Positions 50,037 through 61,700 of a stretch of DNA of 64,000 bases are shown here, in pieces. Position 1 is the first letter of the stretch. Each line of letters starts with the position of its first letter. This DNA comes from Catajapyx aquilonaris. Its lineage: Eukaryota. Both the position numbers and the translations under genes were made by a program. The stretch lies in NCBI GenBank assembly GCA_000934665.2, contig JYFJ02000044.1:62001-126000 (forward strand). Direction: 5' to 3'. A model generated the notes under the pieces. That model made no database searches. It was not told the origin of the DNA and saw only the letters and a program-made list of their open reading frames with translations.

Positions 50037-53000
50037 ACAGTGCGGTGCAAAAGAAATGCTATTTTGAAACCCTACAGTGTATGGCTTTACCACAAATTGA
50101 GGACAATATTTTTTAGGACAATATTTAGGACAGGGCTATTTTTTTGGAGAATTAGCCTGCGGGAAAATTGCAAGCTCATATTTTTGAAACTCAGAAAATT
50201 CAGTTTTACTTTTGCATCTATATTAGCCCCGATGTCTTTGACCAACATTATTGTCGGTTCACGGCCCAAGAGAAAAGGCAGCTGTTTATGGCTCACAAGC
50301 ACTACTCTGGTGGGGATTTTCATCACGTCTTTTGTGGAAGACACGAGATAAATTGCGTCCTCGGCAAGTGTGTACGCAAGAGAGCCTCCGGAGTGGGTCG
50401 GATTGGATTAGGAGGATCTTGGCCCGTAATTCTCCAGAGTTATACCACCGCACCCTGCTCCCGATTCCTGTGCGACACAACGTCCTCCCCTTAAATGCAT
50501 TACTCCGTTTGAATTTGCAAGCTTTTGTCGCTCTCCAACACACAAGGAGTAGGACTTGCCTTTTTGAAGGACAAAAAAAACAGTATTTACGGGGACTGCT
50601 CGTTTTGCATGGGCCTTTTATAAATTGGGCGTGCAAGTAATGGTTGCTCTCTCCTGCAGGCTATTACCGGTGGCCAGGACTGGAAATAAATTGGCAGAAG
50701 AGCAGCGTTGTGGGACGAATGACACAAAAAGTAGAGAGTAATGGAACTAGGCTTCTCTTTGCCCAAGGGACTATCGATCAGCTTGTCGAATGAGTCTATA
50801 GGAAAGAGAATAGAACTCGATCCACCCCCCCTTTTTTATTATTTATTTGAAGAAGACTAAAAGCAATCCTGCAAGTTCCTAGCAGCATTCCATCGCTTTT
50901 TAATAACTACGGTGGGGGCATCTGGACATTCAAAGGCAGTCGACCGATTTTAAACCTAATGAGACATTTGGTTTCCTTTTCACTTTTATTACGCTCCGTT
51001 TTTTGGGGGTGGGCTCCGGAAGATTGGGAATTATGCCGCGAAATGATCCCGGATTTTCCTCTTGCCGAGTTGGGATAAGTGAGAACAGTTTGTGTGTAGG
51101 GAGAAGGGGGGGGGGGGTCTGTAAAAGGGAGATTGATCATTATTGGGTCCGGCTCAATGCTGAGCCCTCTCTCGCTTTAACCGACTATTGCGTGGTTAGT
51201 ATTCGAGGGAATCCGGGTAATCCGGACCTAGTTGCTAAAGAAAACCCTTTTCCGCAGGCTCGGATTACTGGGATGTCTTGTGGAGAGAACGAGAAGCACT
51301 TTCAGGAATTGACGTGCCTGGAAGTTCATTTTTAGGGCTGAAAATTGTTTCGTTTGTGAGGCAGAGCTTTTTATTTGGTAGAAATCTAGTTAGTCTTGGT
51401 TCACACCGGTGTCGCTGTCGTTTGCGAGGCATTTCAGGTCCTGAGTTCGATATCTGGGTTTGTAAAAATGGAAAAGGTAGGCTGAATTATCATGGGGTAT
51501 GTATTGTACCATGTGGCTGTACATATAGTGCTCAAAATTAAAATATGAACAAAATTCAGGCACATAAAATAATAACTGCAAATGAAATTCAGGTAAGTAC
51601 AATTAAAAATTGGATGGTTGATAGGCTTCAGCTTTTCCATTATGGAAGTCAGAGTTGTGTGAGACTTAAAAATGTACAGAGCGGAAAAATCTGATATTTT
51701 TCTGCAGATTCGCCCAAATTAAGTCTAAAGACGGATTTTCAGCAGACAGAACTTGTTAGCCAAAACCCGAGACCTTTTTATGGCATACTCGAGAGAAGTA
51801 CGAGCAAGTAATGAGACGCAGCTCCAAAAATATAGTTTTTTTTGTAAAGCCAGTGATTGGCTAGAAAACTCTTCACAAAGAAGAAAACCAAAGGCGTGTT
51901 TGCCTTTCTTTGTGCAAGGAACCGTGTTTTTCACCCCATTCACATTATCGCTTTTCTTCTTTACACCAAAACAACGGGCGCATCGAAATAATTAAGTAGG
52001 TTGTCGGATTGTCTTTCAACCTGTAGACAAAAGAGAAGACCTCCCATTTTTCACCCCCGCGAGTGAAACAAGAGTGTGATAATGCAATTTTTACCAATCG
52101 ATTATTTACCCCCCCCCCCCCCCCNCCCCCCCCCCCTCCCCCTTTGCAGGACGTTATCTACACTCCACAGCTTTGAACCGAGAAACTTTGAGACGTAGGA
52201 TGTTTCACTCCAAGACTTCCAAGCCCTTGTATCTATTTCTTTTGAAGAGTTCAGTCCTAAAGTGAGGGTTACACCAAAATGTTGCTGTAAGGCAACAAAC
52301 ACAGAATTTCATATACTATGCAGTGTATTGAGAGATAAAAATTGAGACTATGCAGTCGGCTTTAGCTATATCCGAGGTTTCAGTTATTCGCACTTTTCCT
52401 GAACATTTTAAATAAATAATTTTTAAAAATGTTTATACAGTGGTGCATTAATGTTGCTTAAGTGTTTTTCTAATGTGTCTAAAATTCCGCATTTTTAAAG
52501 GAAGATTATCAGAGAGGACCAGATGTCCAATAATTTTTGTCCGCACCCGATGCCAGTTGTGTCCAGAGAGTTACAGCATTGCAGTTTTTGCAGTCTACAG
52601 CTATTTCACTCATCTGTGCCAACGGTCAATTCCGCGCACACACAGCGTAACATTCATTTACGTTGGCACATTGCATTCCGATGCGGCAGCAAGGTTAAAC
52701 ACCCACATTTTAACAGGCAGAAAGCATATGGTGGCACATTTTAGAGAGGAAAAAGAGATTAAACTGAACCGTGCCGCAGTGACAAAATGCGAACTAGGAT
52801 TAATACAGCCCCACCCAAAAATTATCACCAACGTACACCAAAAATGTAACAATTATATGACTCGATTTCCAATACTGCTTATGTGTTTTTTTTTCTACGG
52901 CTTTCTTGCAATCCGGCGACAAACTTTCGGACGGGACAATTTACGCGGAAATAGCTGTAATAACTTGGGCGCTCCTTGGAACTCCCGAGGGTATAAAAAT

Positions 53001-54927
53001 GTCCATGATCATCCCTTAATGCTGACAAACACAGTTGTATACTTTTTTCTCTTTTTATTTTAAAGAGCCGAGGGTTTTATCAGTGCTTCCTTCCCCATCC
53101 ACACAAGCAAAATCCTCTTTGCTCAAGACGATAGAAGAAAACTTCTGTTTGTCTGATACTTGAATGTCTTTAAAGAATTAAGATGGCCCCCAGTAAGACA
53201 GCAAAATGAACGGCGGCCATGGCTTTAATTTCCTCCTTGGTGGCTTCAAGTAATGTGTTGCGAATTTAGGTTACTTCCGAGGAGACTGCAGCCATTTATT
53301 AACACGAGCTCTCTACACAAGGATTTCAATTCGCGCTTCAGACTTTTAAAATATTTTTTTTGAGCTCTCTTTTTTAAAAGCAATAATATAAAGCTTCACG
53401 AAGGGTATGAATGGAGAAGGAAATCGAAGTTGTTGGCCTACTAAATCCGTCGCTAATTAACCCCCCTTTTTAATGCCTGGAGTATAAGCTTGGTGGAGTG
53501 TTAAAAAGCTTCTTTTATATGTTTCGAAATGTACACGAGCACTCCGGTGGAAGTTTCTAAAGTGCTACATTCATATCGGTGTACTGTAAGATGGAACCAG
53601 AATCTTTTTTTCGCGAAAAATACATTACGCGTGTATTTTTAGCAGGGTGAGAAAAATTGCACCTGAGTTGAGTAAACACCCTTTTTTAAGGGCGAAGATC
53701 AATATGGGATGGTGTGAAAAGTGTGAAGAAAGACATTAGTATGCGGCTTCTTCCAGGCTGGCGATTGGAGATAAGATATCACCTTTCTGGTCATCGTTTT
53801 GGAGAAAAATGGGACGCCGCAGGTGCGGAGAAGGTGGGCGAATTTGGCAGACCCTTTGGAGTTTGGACCCATTGAGTCAGACGTAAAATTTGATAGGACC
53901 CTTGAGGATATTGGAGACATTGAGATGTGTTACAGCATACTGATCATAATGGGTAAAAATTAACATAAAGATTCACTAACTGAAACTGACACTAACGTTA
54001 GATAGTTTCTGAACTATAGGGTTTGATTTGTAGTCTGTACGCTTCAACCTTTGAGCAAAGATGGATGAGCACAAGAGTGGGTCAATACCATTTTTGAGGA
54101 TTTGTAGGCGCGTGACCAATAAAAGCCTCGGAGGAATTCTTAGGATGTTTTGTGGTGCACTTAATTTATAAGGGGAGAAGGAAGCTTTGGGCCTGTTCTC
54201 TAATCCGGGTTGGTCCTTTCTTTTCGGGGCCCTCAAAGGGCTTCTTGAGAACTACAGCTGACCCGGAAACCTCTGCAACAGACGGGCCTATAGCCTTTGT
54301 TCCGAGTTTGTCTGATGTTCAGAAGGTATCCATTTCCTCCTCTTTCTTAGACAGAAAAAAAACACACACCCTTTATTCTCCTCCACTGCAAGTATAGTTT
54401 ACTTCCGGACATTCTCCAGTGAATTTAATTAGAACCGGGTGGAGTGACCGTATCTATGATAATCTAGAGCGAGGCCCAGAATACTTCAACCCCCTATGTT
54501 GTTTTCCTGGAAAATAGTACAGTAAGGCAGCATGCAGATTGGTCCATTAGTGCTTCCAACCCTAGCTCGCACCTCTAAATTAGGGTGGGCTTCTTCTCCC
54601 AAACGGCTTTTTCCCTCCCAAAAAGTTCCTTCTTGCCAATCCTGGCGCTTATTCTAATCCTCATTTGACCTCTGGGCTGGTGATAAGGGGCCTCCCTCAC
54701 TCCGAGGGGAATAAGTGGAGGACCAGCAGCCAGAATCTCCGCTCCATCTTGGCCTGCCACTTTCATTTCTGCAGCAAAGAGCCATTTGGATTCATGGTCC
54801 TGAAGCTGCAAGAAACCCCCAACCCATCATGATATATACGAGAAGCCGCACTGGGAATTAATCTGCTGGAAAAACTGCTGTTCATGGATTTTTTAAAAGG
54901 AACCACTTGATGAAGAACAATTTGGCC

Positions 54928-54965
54928 CAATAACAACAACAACAACAACAATAACAACAATAATA
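54928..54965. repeat. Imperfect (CAA/TAA)n microsatellite
   Basis: caataacaacaacaacaacaacaataacaacaataata. Confidence 0.9.
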
Positions 54966-55560
54966 CCTGGAACGTCAGTCTCTTAGTGACATTTTAAATA
55001 TACCATATATTTTGAAAAAGCAAATCTTCCTTTTCAATCAAACTTCTATAGAAGTTGCCGCATTAAAAACACCGTACTAGTAATGCCCTCTTTTTTTTTC
55101 TAATTACGCTGAATGAAAATGGGGGGCTTGTAACATAAGGGAGGGGTAGAAAGTTGCTCAGGCGCGAATTACAAATGAGCGGAGCATAAAAGGAAGAAAG
55201 TCCCGCGAGGAGAACCCTGCTCCAATCTGCTTCCGAGAGTGGAGCTCGAAAAAAATCCTTTGGGTTTGCAAAAAAAAAAATCGATATTCCGCATTTTCCC
55301 ACTGGAAGGTGCCTGTGTCCCCTTGCTTCTCATTTGAATTTGGAAAACTTGCACAAAAATGGTGCATGTATATGGGTTCCTTCACCTCCCCCCCCCCAAA
55401 AAAAAATTGCAAACTGATACGAAATGACGTCAAAATCTTAATGACGCTAACTTTTCAATTTCGCGACATTTAACACAATTTTCGTGAAGAAAGTAGGCAT
55501 TAATATCATTTACTAAGAAAATGGTGGCAAAATTTGCATCCTATTTTTGGCTATATTGAC

Positions 55561-55587
55561 GTACGTACATTTTTGACTCACCCTGTA
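55561..55587 (-). mobile_element. Solitary mariner-type terminal inverted repeat end
   Basis: The minus strand reads TA-CAGGGTGAGTCAAAAATGTACGTAC, similar to the left end at 3249 (CAGGGTGATTCACAAAAATG). Partner end not found. Confidence 0.4.
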
Positions 55588-58455
55588 CCCCCCCGTACAT
55601 TCTGCACAACAAGGCCGTTTGCAAGGCAAATGTGGATGTCGAAAGTACACTGAAGGCTTTTCTGTCGGGCGTTGGAAGGCCTTCAACACAAATTGAGGTG
55701 GACCATCCATCGATTCTAAATGCAGCTCTTTTGTTCCATTTGTCAGGTCCCTAGGATTAGGGTTAGGGAAATGGCGAATATACACAAGGGGAGATATATT
55801 TTCTTTTCGGTTTGTCCAGTTTAGGGTTATTTTCCGGGTGTGACATCATAGCTAAAAAAAGGAGGTTGCGATGATGAGCTTGTCGAAACGACATTCTGTC
55901 GACGTGGCCACACCCTCTTGCTTTTGCAGGAGACCCCGTGTGTTTTATTCATGAATTTGAGAGCAGTTGACCTCGAAAAAATGGGCAGTGGGTTTCATTT
56001 TTGCGCGATCATGTACAGGCGTTGGCTGAATTGAATGCAACAAGCCCTTGGATTGAATAAAAAGTCTGCTGCTGGAGTCAACTTAATAACTTAAAATATG
56101 TCTAGCCCTCGAGCTCTGTTAATAATTTCTCAAGCAATTTCTTTGAGCATACTGCAGGTATTGACATTGCAAATATTCATCGCTGCCATCTCCATTATTA
56201 CTCGGGACACTTCCCAAACTGTTCCCTTAGATGGCAGCACGCCCAATCTGACAAAATGGCGACTAAATATCGCTTTTTCATCCCGTGAGGATAAGTTACG
56301 CCATCTTTTTGCTGCAAAGGAGCTGGACTTTTGCCAAACAGATGACTCGTGTCGTAATATTCCGATGAATGTCCTGTCAGCGGTTATTAATATGGGACTG
56401 AGATTGCAGATGTTGACAGTACACATCACCTAGCCAGGGAGTCAATTAGTCGAGTGGACACCGGGAGCTGGTCGCAAATTCAGTTGGATTTCAACCCGTG
56501 TTGACAATAAACGCGAGGTAGTCATTATTTTTCCGGGGTAGATGCCATCAAGGGTCGTAAAATTCCATCGCAAATGTCATTTCGGTGCGGTTTGGAAGGG
56601 ATTTGCGACTTTGGACTTCCCTCTCGAGTTCTCACGGGATGCGTAATGTAGGGTTATGGTTATTAGAGTCGTATATTCCAACACTCTCCGCGGGCTAAAA
56701 ATTGCCTCGTTAACTCTCACATTATGTCCCACGAACTGAAGTCACTTCCATGGCTAGAAAAAAAAAAAAAACAAAGCGCTTTAATTTCATTTGGCGACTC
56801 GGCGACAAAACAACAATTGTTTGCTTTTACGCCTACCGTTTGTCAGCATCTTTAAAAAAAATCTGTCACGGTCGCGTGAGCAGTTGCGAAAAATGGATGT
56901 CTTTGAAAAATGTCTCGGAGAATTCTCAGGCAGCTTAAGGCTCGAAGCATGTCGAGTTCCGGTTGGTCTTCTCTCGTTGCTTTTATTTTCTTGGATGGTG
57001 ACAGGGATTAGTGGGACACGCGAATCGACTGGAACGTCATCTCGGGTTTCTAATGGTACGTTGCGTCTGCCACAACAAATCAGAACCTTGTTCAGACAGT
57101 CTACAGGGTGTGTCATAATTATTCAGACTTAATTTGAAGACCAAGGTGTCATTATTTTGTTGCAGAAGTTTGATTCGTTATTGTGTCCCAACCTTACTTT
57201 TTCGTCCCAATAAGATAAGCTCCAGTTCTCTCTGACTATATTGGTTTTTCCCTAGGAGGGCGATTAGTGAACGCCGGACTTGCTGGTATAGAGAGCAAAA
57301 ACCGGTGCTCCGGAAAGGAGTCTCAGAACTCTTCATTACCTTGTAATGGGAGGTCCGGAGCCAGGTACACAAGCCCAATAAAAGCTGGCCACGTCCCTCC
57401 AGGCACGTTTTCCTGCCATCCCAAACGAGGTCTTGTGCCGTAAATGCTCCCAACGCTACGTGGTGTCCACTCCCAAACGACCTCTCTTGTGGGAGGACGG
57501 TGGAGGGGGGTGAAAAAATGAGAGAAAATGACCACGCACGTAACACTATACCTGACCACTTTAGAGACTCCGTGCTGGGTAATTGCATCATGATCTGAAT
57601 TTGTGACACGATGCTCAAAGTGTCACATTTTCCGTTACTGCTATGTTAAACCGCTGTCAGCAAGTAGCTGCTACTGGCTGAAGTTACTTCCTCTATAGAG
57701 AGCAGAAAATAATCGTTCAACCTTCTATGTTCACTACTTTACGTCATGATACGTTACATAAGAGGACAAAGAAAAGGGATGATCTTCATTAGCGTGAGAG
57801 TTTTCCTAGTTGGTTTTTTTTCCTCCCAGTGGGCGGGACAAAATTTGTCAGTAAGTCAATAACAGCGGGTTTGGAAAGGTTCCCCGTTGATATCCTAGAG
57901 TGTATATATTTCTGATATATAGCTGCCCATAGCCCCTGGAAAAGAAGCCTTGCTGAATATCTCTCCTGCCTCGCTGCAGGAGACAGGAGTTGTCAAAGTT
58001 TCAATCCTACTATCCAAGTCAGATTCTTCTTAAGCTAGGTTTTTTTTTTCTCTCTCTCTCTCCTGAGTCTCCGCTACAGTTGTTCACTTCTTTTCTTCTC
58101 GCTCTCTTTGTCCTCCCAAAAACTGATGCAATATACGCCGCATCAGACGCCCAGCCATGCCGAAAAGGGACGCCACGACTTTTATACAGGGACGTGTTCC
58201 AATAAAAAGTACTTCATGCAGAAATACGGCTTATTTTCAAATAAGACAAAGCATTGCGTTACTCGTAGCAGTTGCATGTAACTGATAAGCTTTTTTTGAG
58301 CCAAATTCCGCTCTGTACTCTGTGGGCTGAAAAAAGCGATGCCGTAAACATATTTTATTAGTCATATTTTGTTAAAATTGTTACATTCTTTACATCTTGC
58401 TGTACGATTAGGCCAATTATGGCCAAGATTATGGCCACCTTCTAACTACTAAATA

Positions 58456-58714
58456 CAGGATGTTTAAACTTTTTTTGTCCGAACGGTTATAGGAAAATTT
58501 GCACGTAGCTGCTACTTTGTAAGCAGTGACTTGCAACCGGTGATTTGTCGGAGGAATTTTCAGCGGGCAGCATATATGCTCCTTCAACCTACTATGCGCA
58601 CTGAATATTCCCCGTTCCTCCGAAAAATCACCGTTTGCAAGTCACTGCTTACAAAGTAGCAGCTACGTGCAATTTTCCGATAACTGTTCGGACAAAAAAA
58701 GTTGAAACACCCTG
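58456..58714. mobile_element. Tc1/mariner-type MITE, 259 bp, about 100-bp terminal inverted repeats, TA target-site duplication
   Basis: TA-CAGGATGTTTAAACTTTTTTTGTCCGAAC...GAGGAA (58456-58556) is the near-perfect reverse complement of TTCCTC...GTTCGGACAAAAAAAGTTGAAACACCCTG-TA (58615-58714). TA flanks both ends and there is no ORF. Confidence 0.9.
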
Positions 58715-61700
58715 TATAACCAAATATTATATCTTCAAAAATAGCTTAATAATTCTACCCTATAGCAATTTTTGGACTGTATTTTCTGCCTTGATCATTC
58801 GCCAGTTCATTTTGAGTCGTAATGAACACTATCCGGATCGAACCGAAATATCTGCAGTACACCGACACCTTCGTTATCTGGTCTGAATCCTGGAGGCTTG
58901 AAGGAGGGGGCTGGAAATCGACTCTGTCTCAAACCTTGTTTCCAAGAGCGATAAGGGCGTTCCCAAGTCGAAACAAGGGACTAGTGCGCCTAATAGATGG
59001 CGGATTTAAGCTAAAAGGTGAGTCCCCCCTCTTTTTGCCCAGATCTAGACAAAATTCGGTGGAAGCTTGGAAGCCCAAGGAAAATTTAAGGGTCGGGCGT
59101 GACTTTGCAAGGGAAAAGCCTGGGCTAGACTTTGGGGGGCCATTTTTGTGGAAAAAATTCTATAGAGGTCTAAGTCCTCTCTACATTTGGGGCTCTTTTA
59201 AACCGCAAATTTATTTTAGATAGCCCTATCTAGCCTTCTCCCGATGGAGCAACAAATGTCACTCTTTAAGCCCCCCCACCTTTAATGTTGGATGGTAAAA
59301 ATGTTTGAGGACTTGACTGGACGAGGGTCGCATTTAATTTTATAATGCTCTTGTGAAACCCAGTGGCGTAGACTAATTCAATATTTCCGGCACGCACGTG
59401 CTGTTTTATAAATGGAGGTTGATAGTATCGATGAAATATGTGGGTGGAATGTGGAGTGCTATTTTTGGCCTTCGGGGATTTGTTACTAGCCCGGAATATT
59501 TGATCAAGGATAATTAGGCAACTAGTCATATTTTTGCTGTTTACTAGCGGCTTTAAAGTGCGGTATGCTCCCCCTAGGAGTATGCCAGATGCTTTTAAGG
59601 CCAGTAATTAAGTAAGCAGGCAACTGGGCGTTAAAATATTTTTCAGAGATAAGAATATGCCGCAGTAATCTAGTAAGTGCTGACCGCTCAATAATTTTAA
59701 GACTGATATTACGATCGGTTTGTACTTAAGTGTCTCTGCATGGAAAAGGGGGAAAAAAGTTTTTAAAATAGATGTCTAATCCAACAATGGACCTGTGTGA
59801 ACAGGTGTCAGGTTTAATCCCCGGGCAAGAATCAAATCAAATTTACACTCCGACAAAAGGAGCAAATGAGTGCGGGCTGCAACTCGGTTATTAACTACGT
59901 CGTACCACAGTGCGGTTTCACGTGGAATAAACCAATTTCCGGCCTTTGATAGTCTGCAATACATTCCGTCTGCTTCCATTCACTGCTGATTTGGACGTCG
60001 CTCGCTTGATAACATTTTCATCCGATTTCGACCTCCTGCGGAAAACCAGGCGACGAATAATTTGCATTCTAATGTCGCAGTAAATTTTGCGACGCTTCCA
60101 TACCGCATGTAGGATACTGTTCGACTGTTTGGTTTTGCGAAAATTTGTGTGGCAGAATTCAAATACTGTAGTAAAAAAGTGGTACTGTGGTCAATCCTGA
60201 TCAATACAGTCCGTTTGTGCAACTAGTGTAATGAGCATAATTATGGAGAATAACTTTGTGAATTTTGTGCAATAATGTGTAGTATTTTCAAAAATTATTT
60301 GGCTCTCCTGGAAATAGTATGATCAATATAAAAAAATGGCCTGGAAGTGAAGAGTCTTCCTACCCAAGTTCATATACGAACCAATCTTCTCCGGGTTCCT
60401 CGCCATTCCTCACACTGAGAATATTGACACGCCCTGGCCCCCCCACATTTCTCTAGGGACTCTCCATTCTACCCCCCTCTAAATGCCTTTGTCTGGGGGG
60501 GGGGGGGCAAACTCTCTCTTCTGTTTCCTCCCCTTCTGGCTGGGTCCTCTCCAGGACAATTCCCAGCACTTGACGGCATTGGCCCGTCCCTTCCACTCAC
60601 CTCTTCTGCGATGCCCAGGTCGGGGAGGATGCTACTCACAAGGAGCAGACCTACGGGTTGCGTAGAAATTGGGTTAAACCATTCTGAGGGTCGGGGTCTT
60701 TGTCGTGTGACATAATGCGAGTGTCGTCGCAAAACTTGGCATTAAAGTTGATTCTGCTAGGTCGACATGATTTTCGATCAGCCGAATAGGAGCCACTATT
60801 ACTGAATTAGAAGGCAATTATAGCAAAATATGAAACTGCCTACATATCTTGTTGCAGGCGAAATCGGCACATACCCTATAGATATAATAAATGGAAGGTT
60901 ACTTTCTCCTAGACTTTCTTAAGAAACCTGTACAACTGTTTTTTTTTTAAAAAAGAGCACGCTTTTAAACTTAAGAGCAACCCGCTTCAGGTGCTCTAAA
61001 AGAGCCATTAAGGATTCCTCTGCCTAATTACGAAACTGCCTAATTGCGAGACGTAGCCTATTGCATACAACCGAACCCATCTGCTTTAGAATCGCGTCTA
61101 CCTGAAATTGTATAAGGCACTGCGGCTGTGTTGAAAGTACTTTGTGCAGCTGGAACTCCCCGACATCTCAATATTTAGTCAACAGACTTGAAGCGCTGGA
61201 AAGGAGGATTAACTGCGGCCATTGGAAAACTTAATACCAGGCACGGGCCGTGAAGCAAGTGTTATTTACCCGCACCTGCCGGCCATAAAAGTCCGCAGGA
61301 AGATTTCTCTCCGGGTAATCTGGGAGGCCTGGCGTGGCAGCCGATAACAAGGTTTAGGGAGTGTCCGCAGGTGGGCCATTTCTGCGACCTCCGACCTCTC
61401 TTTTCTCTCTCGGTGTTGTTGCTGTTAAGGGACAAAAAAAGAAGACGATTTCGCACCAGGTGGTCCGTCGGCTAGCACGTTTTGTCGCTGTCCGGATCTA
61501 TGCGCGGGTTACGTTAGGTGTCTGACCCTGATGACCTTTGGTGTTTATGGGGATGTTTGGGAGAGACACGTATAGGAGAAGCACACGTCTGACGAAAATT
61601 CGGGGTGGTTTACTCCAGCGAAGAAATAGTAGAAAGAACATAGAAGATTTTCCAATTTGAAGATGTGACGTAACGTCCATTACAGCAGCTACACTTTAGT

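Noticed and set aside
52473..53063. 196-aa ORF (likewise 29433..29924 and 10676..11137)
   Set aside because: No domain, intron-like composition with homopolymer runs, and lacking the codon bias seen in the two real genes.
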